The notes: generated by a model not told the origin, from the sequence alone. A stretch of 64,000 nucleotides of DNA from an uncultured Eggerthellaceae bacterium (GCA_903789375.1 CAIFEB010000004.1:65289-129288); one strand, 5' to 3'. Numbered from the stretch's first letter, positions 6,904 through 16,505 are shown. A program made the numbers and translations.

Positions 6904-9762
6904 CTACGCCATCGTGGCCTCGTAGCCGGCATCGACGACGGCGTCGATGAGCGCCTGATCGTCGACATCGGAGGAGAGTTCCACGACCGCGTTCTTGTCG
7001 TCGAGGCTCACGCGCGCCTTCTCGACGCCCTCCACGCCCTCGAGCGCCTTCGTCACATGGGCGACGCAGTGGTTGCACATCATGCCCTCAACGTTGATCG
7101 TCTTCTCCATTGCAGCTTCCTTTCGTGTCGGTTCGTTCGTATCCAAAGCCGCCCCTGCGGCTCCGTTACCCTGAGAATGTGCCGCGGCGGCGACACCCGT
7201 AGGTTCGCCCGCAGCGCCTGCACCAGCGGTGCTTGCGTCCTGGGCACCAGCGTCAATGGCGGTCGCGCCCTGGGCACCAGCGCCCGCGCCAGCTGCGCCC
7301 GCTCCGGCAGCGTTCGCCTGCGAAGCCTTCTGCTGGCGCACAACCGTATCGGTCGAGCGCGCCTCCGCAGCAATCTGCGGCGCGCCTGCCTCGGATGCCA
7401 CCTGCTTCCCCTCGCTCTCGGTCGCGAAGGTCGACTCCTCGTCGGCGCCCGTCATGAAACGCGGCTTCCATCCGCGCAGACGCAGCGCGTTGCCGACGAC
7501 GGTGACCGAGCTTACGCTCATTGCCGCCGCGCCGATCATCGGGTTGATCTGCAGGCCCGCCCACGCGAACACGCCGGCTGCGATGGGGATGCAGATGACG
7601 TTGTAGATGAGCGCCCAGAACAGGTTCTGGCGGATGGTGCGCAGCGTGCGCTTGGACAGCTGCACGGCCGCGGGCACGTCCATCAGATCGGAGCGCATGA
7701 GCACGATGTCGGCCGACTCGATGGCGATGTCGGTGCCGGCTCCGATCGCGATGCCGACGTCGGCAGTGGCGAGCGCCGGCGCGTCGTTGATGCCGTCGCC
7801 GACCATCGCGACCGCGCCCCGCTCGGACAGGCGCTTGACCTCGGTCGCCTTGTCGCCCGGCAGCACGCCGGCGATAACCTCGTCGACGCCCGCCTTGCGT
7901 TGGATGGCCGCAGCTGTGCGCTCGTTGTCCCCGGTCAGCATGACCGTGTGGATGCCCATCGCGCGCAGCTCGCTGATGGCGCGGGCGCTCGTGGGCTTGA
8001 TGGCGTCGGCCACGGCGATGGCGCCGAGGAACCGTCCGCCCCGCGCGAAGAACAAAGGCGTCGCGCCGTCGTCGGCGTACCGTTGCGCCCGTTCTGCCGC
8101 GTCGGCAACCGGTACGTGCGCGTTTTCCATCATGCGTGCATTGCCGCACAGGACCGTTTCCCCGTCAACCTGGGCGCGCACGCCTTCGCCCGGCACCTGC
8201 TCGAACGCGTCGACGGCAACCTGGGCAGCCGGGATTCCGTGCTCGTCCGCATAGGACACGATAGCCTGTGCAAGCGGGTGCTCGGAACGCTGCTCCACCG
8301 CCGCAGCGAGCGCGACCAGATCCTTCGCATCTGCGCCTTCCGCCGGCGCAACCTCGACCACGCCGGGCTTGCCCTCGGTGATCGTGCCCGTCTTGTCGAA
8401 GACGACGCTCTTCACGCCGCCCGCGACCTCGAGCGATTCGGCAGACTTGATGAGGATGCCGTGCGTCGCGCCGCGTCCCGTTCCCACCATGATGGCCGTG
8501 GGCGTCGCCAGTCCGAGCGCGCACGGGCACGAGATGACGAGCACGCTGATGGCGAAGTTCAGAGCGCTCTGGAACGGAGCGGCGACCAGTAGCCAGATGA
8601 AGAACACGAGGATGGCCACGCCGATGACGGCCGGCACGAACACGCCGGCGATCTTGTCAGCCGTGTTCTGGATGGGCGCCTTTGAGCTCGTCGCTTCGTC
8701 GACCAGAGCGATGATGCCGGACAGCACCGTGTCGTCGCCCGTGCGCGTGACCTTCATGGTGAAGTAGCCGGCGCGGTTGATGGTGGCGCCCGTCACGGCG
8801 TCGCCGGGCGCCTTGTCGGCCGGGACGCTCTCGCCCGTGATGGCGGATTCGTCGATGGACGCTGCGCCCTCGAGCACGATGCCGTCGACCGGCACGCCCT
8901 CGCCCGCACGGACGACCAGCGTATCGCCCACCTGCACCTGCTCGACGGGCACGATGACCTCGTTTTCGCCGACGAGCTTCGTGGCGGTCTTGGGCGCCAG
9001 GTCCATGAGCTTGCCGATGGCGTCGGTCGTGCGGCCCTTCGCGCGCGCCTCGAAGTACTTGCCGAGCGTGATGAGCGTCAAGATCATGCCGGCGGAGTCG
9101 AAGTACAGCCCCATGAACGCGGTGTGCGCCCCGTCAAGGTCGCCCACGCCCATGAGCGCCGCCATGACGAACATCTGGTAGACGCTGTAGCCCGCCGAAG
9201 CCGTGGCGCCCAGAGCGATGAGCGAGTCCATGTTGGGCGCGCCGTGGAACAGGCTTTTGAACCCGTTCGAGAAGAACTTGAAGTCGACGAAGATGATGGG
9301 CGCCACGAGCAGAAGCTCAGTGAGCGCGGTGACCATCATGTTCTGGTGGCCCAGAAACACCGCCGGCAGCGGCCAGTTGAACATATGGCCCATGGCCAGG
9401 TAGAACAGCGGCACGCAGAACACGATGGACAGGATCAGGCGCATGCGCATGTGCTTCTCGGCGGCGATGGCGCGCTTGGTCGATTCCTCGTGCGCGAGCT
9501 GGGCGGTGGACTTGCCCGACGTCTGCTGGGTCTTCGCGCGGGGCGCCGCGCCGTAGCCGGCTTTGTCGACCGCGGCGGCGATTTGGTCGTTCACACGGGC
9601 GACGTCGGAATCGGACAGCCCGGGCGCGTACTCCACCTCCATGCTGTTCTTCAGAAGGTTGACCGCCACATCGGCGACGCCCTCCACCCCGCGCGTGGTC
9701 TTGTCCACGCGCGACGAGCAGGCCGCGCACGACATGCCGGTCACATCGAATGTCTGCTTCAT
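6904..9762 (-). CDS. copA: Copper-translocating P1B-type ATPase CopA with N-terminal HMA domain and in-frame C-terminal CopZ-like HMA domain
   Basis: N-terminal GMSCAACSSRV (HMA domain), CPC motif VISCPCALGLATP, DKTGT and GDGINDAP. Ala/Gly-rich linker, then MEKTINVEGMMCNHC...; an internal RBS GAAAGGAAG sits 5 nt before that ATG (7109). Confidence 0.9.
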   Translation of the reverse strand: MKQTFDVTGMSCAACSSRVDKTTRGVEGVADVAVNLLKNSMEVEYAPGLSDSDVARVNDQIAAAVDKAGYGAAPRAKTQQTSGKSTAQLAHEESTKRAIAAEKHMRMRLILSIVFCVPLFYLAMGHMFNWPLPAVFLGHQNMMVTALTELLLVAPIIFVDFKFFSNGFKSLFHGAPNMDSLIALGATASAGYSVYQMFVMAALMGVGDLDGAHTAFMGLYFDSAGMILTLITLGKYFEARAKGRTTDAIGKLMDLAPKTATKLVGENEVIVPVEQVQVGDTLVVRAGEGVPVDGIVLEGAASIDESAITGESVPADKAPGDAVTGATINRAGYFTMKVTRTGDDTVLSGIIALVDEATSSKAPIQNTADKIAGVFVPAVIGVAILVFFIWLLVAAPFQSALNFAISVLVISCPCALGLATPTAIMVGTGRGATHGILIKSAESLEVAGGVKSVVFDKTGTITEGKPGVVEVAPAEGADAKDLVALAAAVEQRSEHPLAQAIVSYADEHGIPAAQVAVDAFEQVPGEGVRAQVDGETVLCGNARMMENAHVPVADAAERAQRYADDGATPLFFARGGRFLGAIAVADAIKPTSARAISELRAMGIHTVMLTGDNERTAAAIQRKAGVDEVIAGVLPGDKATEVKRLSERGAVAMVGDGINDAPALATADVGIAIGAGTDIAIESADIVLMRSDLMDVPAAVQLSKRTLRTIRQNLFWALIYNVICIPIAAGVFAWAGLQINPMIGAAAMSVSSVTVVGNALRLRGWKPRFMTGADEESTFATESEGKQVASEAGAPQIAAEARSTDTVVRQQKASQANAAGAGAAGAGAGAQGATAIDAGAQDASTAGAGAAGEPTGVAAAAHSQGNGAAGAALDTNEPTRKEAAMEKTINVEGMMCNHCVAHVTKALEGVEGVEKARVSLDDKNAVVELSSDVDDQALIDAVVDAGYEATMA

Positions 9763-9817
9763 AACCGTTCCTATCCGGGCTTTGGGAAAGCCCCGTCACG
9801 TGCCGATTCGCCCGCGC

Positions 9818-10333
9818 CTACGAGCGGAACCGTTTGATCAGGTCCATCACCTCGTCGACGGCCTCAAGGTCGCCGGCCTGGATCTTCTCAACGACGCACG
9901 TCTCCAGGTGGTTCTTCAAGATGATGTCGGAAACGCGCCGCACGGCCGATTCTGCGGCCGCGAGCTGGATGAGCACGTCGCCGCAGTAGCGGTTGTCGTC
10001 GAGCATGTTCTTGACGCCGTTGAGCTGGCCGATCACCCGGTTGAGCCGCTTGTTCAGGTCGCGCTGCAGCTCCGCGCTGCGCTCGGTCTTCTTGTAGCGG
10101 CAGCCGCATCCGCACGCCTCGCCGGCGGCTTCCGCAGACGCGCCGCCGCCCGCTTCGGCGGAATCCTGCGCGGTCTCAGCGATGCTGGAGCAGGCACACG
10201 CGCTTGCCGCGGCGGTTTCGGCGGGCCGCTCGCCTTCGCAAGCTTCCGCCTGCGCGGCCGAGCCAGCTTGCGCGGCCGTCTCGGCCTGCGCGTCAACCGT
10301 CCCCTTCGAATTTTGGGTCAAGGTGTCTGCCAT
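9818..10333 (-). CDS. csoR: CsoR/RcnR-family copper-sensing repressor with Cys-rich low-complexity N-terminal extension
   Basis: C-terminal DUF156 core ...RYCGDVLIQLAAAESAV...NHLETC (Cys and His-x3-Cys ligands). N-terminal ~85 aa are Ala/Glu-rich with CACSS and CGCGC motifs. RBS GAGGAAG precedes ATG 10333. Lies immediately upstream of copA. Confidence 0.8.
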   Translation of the reverse strand: MADTLTQNSKGTVDAQAETAAQAGSAAQAEACEGERPAETAAASACACSSIAETAQDSAEAGGGASAEAAGEACGCGCRYKKTERSAELQRDLNKRLNRVIGQLNGVKNMLDDNRYCGDVLIQLAAAESAVRRVSDIILKNHLETCVVEKIQAGDLEAVDEVMDLIKRFRS

Positions 10334-10359
10334 GCGACGCTTCCTCACATCCGTACCTT

Positions 10360-10376
10360 ATACCCCCTGGAGGTAT
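10360..10376. promoter_or_regulatory. CsoR-type operator (GC-rich pseudo-palindrome ATACCCCCTGGAGGTAT)
   Basis: Inverted repeat TACCCCC-N-GGAGGTA 27 nt upstream of the csoR start. Matches the known TACCC-N-GGGTA architecture of CsoR operators. Confidence 0.6.
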
Positions 10377-10394
10377 CTTACGGGCGTCAGTATA

Positions 10395-10411
10395 GTACCC
10401 CCCGGGGGTAT
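10395..10411. promoter_or_regulatory. Second CsoR-type operator (GTACCCCCCGGGGGTAT, near-perfect palindrome)
   Basis: Second copy of the same operator 19 nt further upstream. Tandem operators are typical of csoR-copA promoters. Confidence 0.6.
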
Positions 10412-10528
10412 GTCAACGGCATGGGCGGTTTTATTGGAAAAAGTTCGCCGCTTCATACCTTTGACGAGCTCCCGACTACATAACTTCCAACTATTTGAAC
10501 TGAGCTCCCCGCTCGACCGACCAAATTT

Positions 10529-10633
10529 CCGGCTCCATCAACCGGGTTACGGCTCCATCAATCGAGCTTCCAGCTCCATCAATTGGACTTACAGCTCCAT
10601 CGGCCGAGCTTCCGGCTCCATTAACTCGGCTTC
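10529..10633. repeat. Tandem direct repeat, 21-bp unit x5 (consensus cGGCTCCATCAAyyGrGcTtC)
   Basis: Five contiguous 21-bp units read directly. No spacers, so this is not a CRISPR array. Confidence 0.8.
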
Positions 10634-10645
10634 CAACCCATGAGC

Positions 10646-10764
10646 CACCCGAGCCGCGAGCGCGAAGCCGTCCAGATTGCGGGCGCAAGCCGTCCGAGCC
10701 GCGTGCGCGAAGCCGTCTAGAACGCAGTCGCAAGTCACCCGAGCCGGGAGCGAGAAGCCTCGCC
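10646..10764. repeat. Tandem direct repeat, ~45-bp unit x2.6 (cacccgagccgcgagcgcgaagccgtc...)
   Basis: Units start at 10646, 10691 and 10736; read directly. Confidence 0.7.
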
Positions 10765-10844
10765 CCCGGTGGCTTCTTGGCAATCGTCAAGAAGTCTGTG
10801 CAAGTCTTCTCGGACGCGCTCTACACGAAAAACCGCCTCGCCGT

Positions 10845-10869
10845 GTGCAAATATCTAAGTTATTTGCAC
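10845..10869. promoter_or_regulatory. Palindrome GTGCAAATA-N7-TATTTGCAC (candidate regulator binding site), copy 1
   Basis: Perfect 9-bp arms in an AT-rich patch of the noncoding block. Confidence 0.4.
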
Positions 10870-11009
10870 CTATTTCCCAACTTCCGACATTTTCGGCAGC
10901 CGCATGCTTGATGAAACGCGCGATTGGCTCAAGATAAACCGCACTATGAAATAATATGTAGATTAACTAGCTCTCGCAGCAGATGATTTCAGGCTGGAAG
11001 AACTCCTAT

Positions 11010-11034
11010 GTGCAAATAATTAAGATATTTGCTC
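11010..11034. promoter_or_regulatory. Palindrome GTGCAAATA-N7-TATTTGCtC, copy 2
   Basis: Same motif 165 bp downstream of copy 1; 8 of 9 arm positions match. Confidence 0.4.
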
Positions 11035-12071
11035 GCAGGACGGCCGAAAAACGTGTATCAGCCGTCGCCGGGGCCGTGGCCATCGCCATCGCTGTCGCCA
11101 TGGCCGTCTCCCGCCTGCCGCGCCTCGCACGGCACGATACCGCCAACGCCCCGCTCAGCACGATGCCACCATCGCCTCGCACGGCAGGTCCTTCGTCTCC
11201 GGAGGCGCCGTCCCCCTCCTTGGGACTTACACAGAGAATGTTACAAACCCGATTGGCGAGCCGACTTCGAGAGAGACGTCCAAATTCTGGAAATAATGCC
11301 GAATCCGGGCAATTTCGCCAAAGTTTGGATGGCGCGACGGAGCCTGCCGATGATGCCAGCGAGATCATCGCGTCGTCGCCTCTGCGCTGTTCCCCGGTTT
11401 GCCGTTACATGATTGTATAACCCCAGTTCTCGATTGTTCTCAAACATGCTGTCTATATATCGCCAGACCTCGTGCACACGATGAGACGACGACGCAGGTC
11501 ATCTTCTGCCGTGACGAATCCAAAAACGGGAGAAAACGGCACCACGAAATCCAAACTCTGTAATAAATGACGCGATTCGTCATTATTTCCAGAATATGGA
11601 TGGGGCGCAGCGCAACCTGCCATCCGAGGCCCGAGCGTGTCGCAACGCAATCCGCCTGGCAGAGTCCGAGCGGGCTACAAGGCAATCCGGACGCGCCGCA
11701 GCCCGATCCGCCCTAACAAAACCAGCCGGGAAGTTCCAAGGCGCAACCTGCCGCCCTACGACAAGTCGATCAAGCGGAGGACAGAGCCGCATCTCTGAAA
11801 AGACTTGCACAGGCCCCTCGGCCATTCCCATGCACGAATCTCCGGTCAATTTCCCCGCTCGCCGCGCATCCTCCCCGTTTTCGTCACATTTGCCTTTTCC
11901 CAATTTACCAGGTGTTTTACCCAATTCTTACCCGTATTCGAAATTATTTCCTTTAATTCCTATTGACTTTATGGGTTATGGGTCGTACCTTAACAGCGTC
12001 ACATTAATTCCCACTATTCCTCTGGGGTTTAAGTGAGACGGATTCTGGGACGAGAGAAAAGGAAGCTCACC

Positions 12072-12986
12072 ATGGCAGTGAAAGCACTCAACCGCATCGA
12101 CGACCTGATCGGCAACACGCCGCTCATCAAGCTGAACGTCTCCGACAAGGCCAACGTCTACGGCAAGCTCGAGTACACCAACCCCGGCGGATCGGTCAAG
12201 GACCGCATCGCCAAGGCCATCATCGACGCCGGCATCGCCGAGGGCAAGATCAACAAGGACACGACCATCATCGAGTCCACGTCGGGCAACACCGGCATCG
12301 GCCTGGCGCTGATCGGTGCTGCGTATGGCCTGAAGACCATCATCTTCCTGCCGGCCGGCATGTCGGTCGAGCGCCGCAAGCTCATCCAGGCGTACGGCGC
12401 TGAGCTGCGCGTCGTCGACGGCGGCGTGCCCAAAGCCAACGAGGAAGCCGCCAAGCTCCTCGCCGAGACCCCCAACAGCTTCGCCCCGAGCCAGTTCACC
12501 AACCCGGTGAACGTCGAGGCCCACTACAAGACCACCGGCCCCGAGATCTGGCGCGACACCGAGGGCGACATCGCCGCGTTCGTCGCCGGCGTGGGCACGG
12601 GCGGCACGTTGACCGGTGCGGGCAAGTTCCTGAAGGAGCAGGACCCCTCCGTCAAGGCGTACGCGATCGAGCCTGAGGAGTCCCGCGTCCTCGAGGGCGG
12701 CCCGAACGGCGCCCACAAGATCCAGGGCATCATGCCCGGCTTCGTGCCGGACGTCCTCGACCAAGACATCTACGACGAGATCATCCACGTGTCGAGCGCC
12801 GAGGCGTTCGAGTATCAGAAGAAGCTCGGCGCTGAGCAGGGCATCTTCGTCGGCATCTCGTCCGGTGCCGCTGCCGCCGCCGGCGCGAAGCTGGCCGAGC
12901 GCCCCGAGTTCGCCGGCAAGAACATCGTCGTCATCCTCCCGGATACCGGCGAGCGCTACCTCTCCATGCTGAACTACGACGACTAA
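12072..12986 (+). CDS. cysK: Cysteine synthase A (O-acetylserine sulfhydrylase)
   Basis: MAVKALNRIDDLIGNTPLIKLN... and the PLP-site pattern SVKDR...TSGNTGIG. RBS AAAGGAAG precedes ATG 12072. Confidence 0.9.
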   Translation: MAVKALNRIDDLIGNTPLIKLNVSDKANVYGKLEYTNPGGSVKDRIAKAIIDAGIAEGKINKDTTIIESTSGNTGIGLALIGAAYGLKTIIFLPAGMSVERRKLIQAYGAELRVVDGGVPKANEEAAKLLAETPNSFAPSQFTNPVNVEAHYKTTGPEIWRDTEGDIAAFVAGVGTGGTLTGAGKFLKEQDPSVKAYAIEPEESRVLEGGPNGAHKIQGIMPGFVPDVLDQDIYDEIIHVSSAEAFEYQKKLGAEQGIFVGISSGAAAAAGAKLAERPEFAGKNIVVILPDTGERYLSMLNYDD

Positions 12987-13038
12987 GTCCATCTCCTCTC
13001 TCTCCTTTTCACCCAACAGCTACTCGTCGTCTTTCAGA

Positions 13039-13076
13039 ACGCCCGACCGGGAAACCGGCCGGGCGTTTCCTTTTCG
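13039..13076 (+). terminator. Intrinsic terminator after cysK
   Basis: Nested stem aacgcccgaccgg-gaaa-ccggccgggcgtt followed by TCCTTTTCG. Confidence 0.6.
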
Positions 13077-13239
13077 CCTGCGCGTTCACGGTTTCCCTGT
13101 GCGTTCCCTCGACTTGTTGGAGCGACAACGGACCCCGCGGTGCGCACTGCTATAGTCGGGGTATTCACCGTTGAGAATCGAAGGACTTGCGTACCGGAGC
13201 ATCGAGGCGACGGCCGCAAGCGCAGCGAAGGAGCGATTG

Positions 13240-14310
13240 ATGAGCGAACGGGACACTTCTCCCGAAGCACCCCTGACGAACAAGGCGAATGCAGCGGAAA
13301 CGGGAGGCGCCGCGGCCGCCGCCTCCCCCAAGCCCGCGCGGCGCTTCCCCATCCACGGCGTGCGCATCGCCGTCCGCACGCTCGTCCTCGTGCTGTTCGC
13401 CGTCGACTGCGCGCGCCTCGTCATCCTGTACCTGTGGGCGCAGGGCGCAGTCTCGATCAACTTCGGCCGCCCCCAGCTGACGGCTGGCCTGTCGCCTTTG
13501 TCCGGCCTGTTCGACCTGTGGGCGTGGATCCGCACCGGCCGCATGGACCCGGTGCTCCCGGCATCGCTTACCATCGTCGTGCTCGGTCTGGTCATGTCGC
13601 TCGTGTTCAAGCGCAGCTTCTGCAGCTGGATGTGCCCGGTCGGCACCGTCTTCGATGCGCTCGGCGTCATCGGCAAGCGCATCTTCCCCGGCATCAAGCT
13701 GAGCCCGCGCGCGCAGAAGATCCTCCACGCGCCCAAAACCGTCCTCGGCATCGCGGTGCTCGGCATCGTCATGATCGCCGTGCCGTCCTCGCTCATCGTC
13801 AGCATGTGGAGCGCGCCGTACTGGGCCGTGTCCGACATGGCCGTGCTCAAGCTGTTCATCAAGCCGGGCGTGCCCATCATCGTCGTGGGCATCTGCGTTC
13901 TGGGAGCGAGCCTGCTGCTCGGCCGCAACTACTGGTGCGCGGGCCTATGCCCGCTCGGCGGCATCTACGGCCTGGTGTCCAAGCCGTCGCCGACCGTCGT
14001 CGTGCGCAATCCCGAAGCCTGCATCTCATGCGGCGCGTGCTCGAAGGCATGCGCGTACCGCATCGATGTCGCGACGTCCAAAAAGCCCATCCGCACCGTC
14101 GACTGTACGGGATGCCTCGACTGCATAGCCGCGTGCCCCAAGGACGACGCGCTCGAGCTGCGCGCGTTCGGGCGCCGCATCCCGCTGGCCGCCGCGCCGC
14201 TCATCGTCGTCATCGTCTGGATCGGCATCTGGGTGTGCTCGCTCGCACTGGGCGCTTGGTACGGCTCGCCCAGCGCATTCCTCATCCAGATGGGGTTGCT
14301 GAGCATCTAA
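13240..14310 (+). CDS. NapH/MauN/NosR-like polyferredoxin membrane protein (4Fe-4S binding)
   Basis: TM helices with CSWMCPVG and CAGLCPLGG motifs, plus a ferredoxin pair CISCGACSKAC and CTGCLDCIAACP. RBS GAAGGAG precedes ATG 13240. Confidence 0.7.
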   Translation: MSERDTSPEAPLTNKANAAETGGAAAAASPKPARRFPIHGVRIAVRTLVLVLFAVDCARLVILYLWAQGAVSINFGRPQLTAGLSPLSGLFDLWAWIRTGRMDPVLPASLTIVVLGLVMSLVFKRSFCSWMCPVGTVFDALGVIGKRIFPGIKLSPRAQKILHAPKTVLGIAVLGIVMIAVPSSLIVSMWSAPYWAVSDMAVLKLFIKPGVPIIVVGICVLGASLLLGRNYWCAGLCPLGGIYGLVSKPSPTVVVRNPEACISCGACSKACAYRIDVATSKKPIRTVDCTGCLDCIAACPKDDALELRAFGRRIPLAAAPLIVVIVWIGIWVCSLALGAWYGSPSAFLIQMGLLSI

Positions 14311-14360
14311 CCGCGTTCACCCGGAGTCGCATGCGCGGCGCCCCTTCCCCAGCACAAGCG

Positions 14361-14419
14361 AAAGCCCGCTCTGACACAGGCGCTTCGGCGCCGCAGCCAG
14401 AGCGGGCTTTCTCGTTTTG
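14361..14419 (+). terminator. Intrinsic terminator downstream of the NapH-like gene
   Basis: 13-bp stem aaagcccgctctg / cagagcgggcttt with a structured loop, then TCTCGTTTTGC. Confidence 0.55.
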
Positions 14420-14579
14420 CATAATCGCAATGTCGGTCAGCAGCCTGCGGAGGTTCAGCAAGAGCTTGCCGCCCTGCATGCGGTGCGCACTTCCGCAGAC
14501 AACCATTTGACCTGCAGAAGCGCGCACCGAACGGACTGCCGTCACGCACGAAATGCGCACGCGCCAGGCGTCCGCACCC

Positions 14580-16037
14580 CTACTTCCGCTCGGACGCGTT
14601 CCCGTCCATCTTCGGGCCTTCGAGCGGCAGCTCGTCGGTTTTCGCGCCGGGCTTCTCGTCACCCTCGCTGATCGTACCGTCAACGCTGTAGATCGTCTCC
14701 TTGCCCGGCAGCACGATGTTCAGCACGATGCCCACGATCGAGCCCACGGCCAGGCCCGACAGCGAGATGGTGATGCTGCCCGCCGGGATGACGATGGCGC
14801 CGGCCGCGCTGTACGCGATGCCGATCGACAGCACGATGATGAGCGCCGTGATGATGACGTTGCGGCTCAGCATGAAGTCGACGTGGCCCTCCACCAGGTT
14901 GCGGATGCCCACCGCCGAGATCATGCCGTACAGCACGAGCGACACGCCGCCGATCACGCACGCGGGCATGACCTCGATGACCGCCGAGAACTTCGGGCAG
15001 AACGAGAACAGGATGGCGAAGCACGCCGCGATGCGGATGACGCGCGGGTCGAACACGTGCGTGAGCGCGAGCACGCCGGTGTTCTCGCCGTACGTGGTGT
15101 TGGCCGGCGCGCCGAACAGCGAGGCGAGCACCGTGGCCAGGCCGTCGCCAAGCAGCGTGCGGTGCAGGCCGGGCTCGGCGATATAGTTGCGGTTGCACGT
15201 GGAGCTGATGGCGGAGATGTCGCCGATGTGCTCAATCATGGTCGCGAACGCGAGCGGCACGATGGTGATGATTGCCGTGATGGCCAGGCCCGTATCCATG
15301 TTGGGTCCCATGATGGAGAACACCGTTTCATCCCAGGTGAACGGCATGCCGATCCACGGCGCCTCGGCGACGCGCGTGAAATCGACCAGTCCCAGGCACA
15401 CGGCGCACACGTAGCCCGCGATGACGCCGAGTAGGATGGGGATGATCTTGAGCATGCCCTTGCCCCAGATGTTGAACACGATGATGGTGGCGATGGCCAC
15501 GAGGGCGACGAGCCAGTTGGTCGAGCAGTTCGCCACGGCCGACGACGACAGCGTCAGGCCGATGGCGATGACGATGGGGCCGGTGACGACGGGCGGGAAG
15601 TACCGCATGACGCGCGCGGCGCCGAACGCGCGGAAGAGCGCCGCCAGCACCAGGTACAGAAGGCCCGCGCACGCCGTGCCCAGGCATGCGTACGGAAGCA
15701 TCGCCGTGTTGGCCACAGTGAGGTTGCCCGCGGCGTCCGGCAGAAGCGGCGCGATGGTGGCGTAGCCCGCGATGAAGGCGAACGACGAGCCGAGGAACGC
15801 CGGCACCTTGCCCTTCGACAGCAGATGGAACAGGAGCGTTCCCAAGCCGGCGAACAGCAGCGTCGCCGACACGGACAGGCCCGTGAGCGTGGGCACGAGC
15901 ACCGTCGCGCCGAACATCGCGAACATGTGCTGCAGGCCGAACACCGCCATCTTCGGCTTGCCGAGCGTGCGGGCGTCGTACACCGCGTCAGGAGCGTCCT
16001 CCGCTCCCATCGTCGGTACGCGGACTTCATCTGCCAT
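14580..16037 (-). CDS. Uracil/xanthine permease (NCS2 family)
   Basis: Twelve or more TM helices with NCS2-type motifs (e.g. FGLQHMFAMFGATVLVPTL and GENTGVLALT). Start at MADEVRV (ATG 16037, RBS GGGAAGGGAG). The longer ORF N-terminus looks non-coding. Confidence 0.8.
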   Translation of the reverse strand: MADEVRVPTMGAEDAPDAVYDARTLGKPKMAVFGLQHMFAMFGATVLVPTLTGLSVSATLLFAGLGTLLFHLLSKGKVPAFLGSSFAFIAGYATIAPLLPDAAGNLTVANTAMLPYACLGTACAGLLYLVLAALFRAFGAARVMRYFPPVVTGPIVIAIGLTLSSSAVANCSTNWLVALVAIATIIVFNIWGKGMLKIIPILLGVIAGYVCAVCLGLVDFTRVAEAPWIGMPFTWDETVFSIMGPNMDTGLAITAIITIVPLAFATMIEHIGDISAISSTCNRNYIAEPGLHRTLLGDGLATVLASLFGAPANTTYGENTGVLALTHVFDPRVIRIAACFAILFSFCPKFSAVIEVMPACVIGGVSLVLYGMISAVGIRNLVEGHVDFMLSRNVIITALIIVLSIGIAYSAAGAIVIPAGSITISLSGLAVGSIVGIVLNIVLPGKETIYSVDGTISEGDEKPGAKTDELPLEGPKMDGNASERK

Positions 16038-16355
16038 ACGTCTGGGCTCCCTTCCCTGCTCTTTGCTATTGAACTCGAATGCGCATGATTGAACCCGCGG
16101 CGGCCGTTGAACCGCCGAATACTTCGCCTGCTGGTACCGTGAGCGCGCAAACATGCGCGCGTGAGCCTGCGTCGGGGTTGCGAACATACGCCTGAGCCAT
16201 TGTGCCACAGCCGGGCCCGATTTACGGAAGATTTAACACGGTGCAGGCGCCTTCGCAGCATGCGCGCCCTGATCGAGCGGCTCGTTCTGAGCGCGGCGCA
16301 GCATAAACGCCAAAAATTGAACCACATGCTCGCAGATTTGTTCAAACCGTCTGTT

Positions 16356-16372
16356 TTGAACCGATAGTTCAA
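16356..16372. promoter_or_regulatory. TTGAAC-N5-GTTCAA palindrome (candidate XRE-HTH operator), with further TTGAAC/GTTCAA half-sites through 16318-16480
   Basis: Inverted repeat read directly. Additional TTGAAC/GTTCAA copies occur at ~16327, 16343, 16427 and 16472 in the 470-bp divergent intergenic region. Confidence 0.4.
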
Positions 16373-16505
16373 TTTTTCATGAACACCGCCGTCGTCCGTG
16401 CTACAGTTCACACATGCAATTTGAACTTTTTGGAACGTTCGCCGTTTGAGTCCATTCCCATCAGCAAAGTTCAATTTCATCAGCATGTCGGTTCGAGGAG
16501 GCACG

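Noticed and set aside
10529-10633. Possible CRISPR array
   Set aside because: Repeats are contiguous with no spacers, have a 21-bp unit, and there are no cas genes.
10491-10790. ORFs across the 21-bp and 45-bp tandem repeats
   Set aside because: Periodic Gly/Ser/Arg peptides generated by the repeats. No start context, so treated as noncoding.
14580-16208. Full 542-aa ORF for the permease
   Set aside because: The first 57 codons are Arg-rich with no RBS. The internal ATG at 16037 has a good SD and yields a canonical NCS2 length.
16038-16210. PyrR-type attenuator upstream of the uracil permease
   Set aside because: No UCCAGAGAGG-like PyrR binding loop found.
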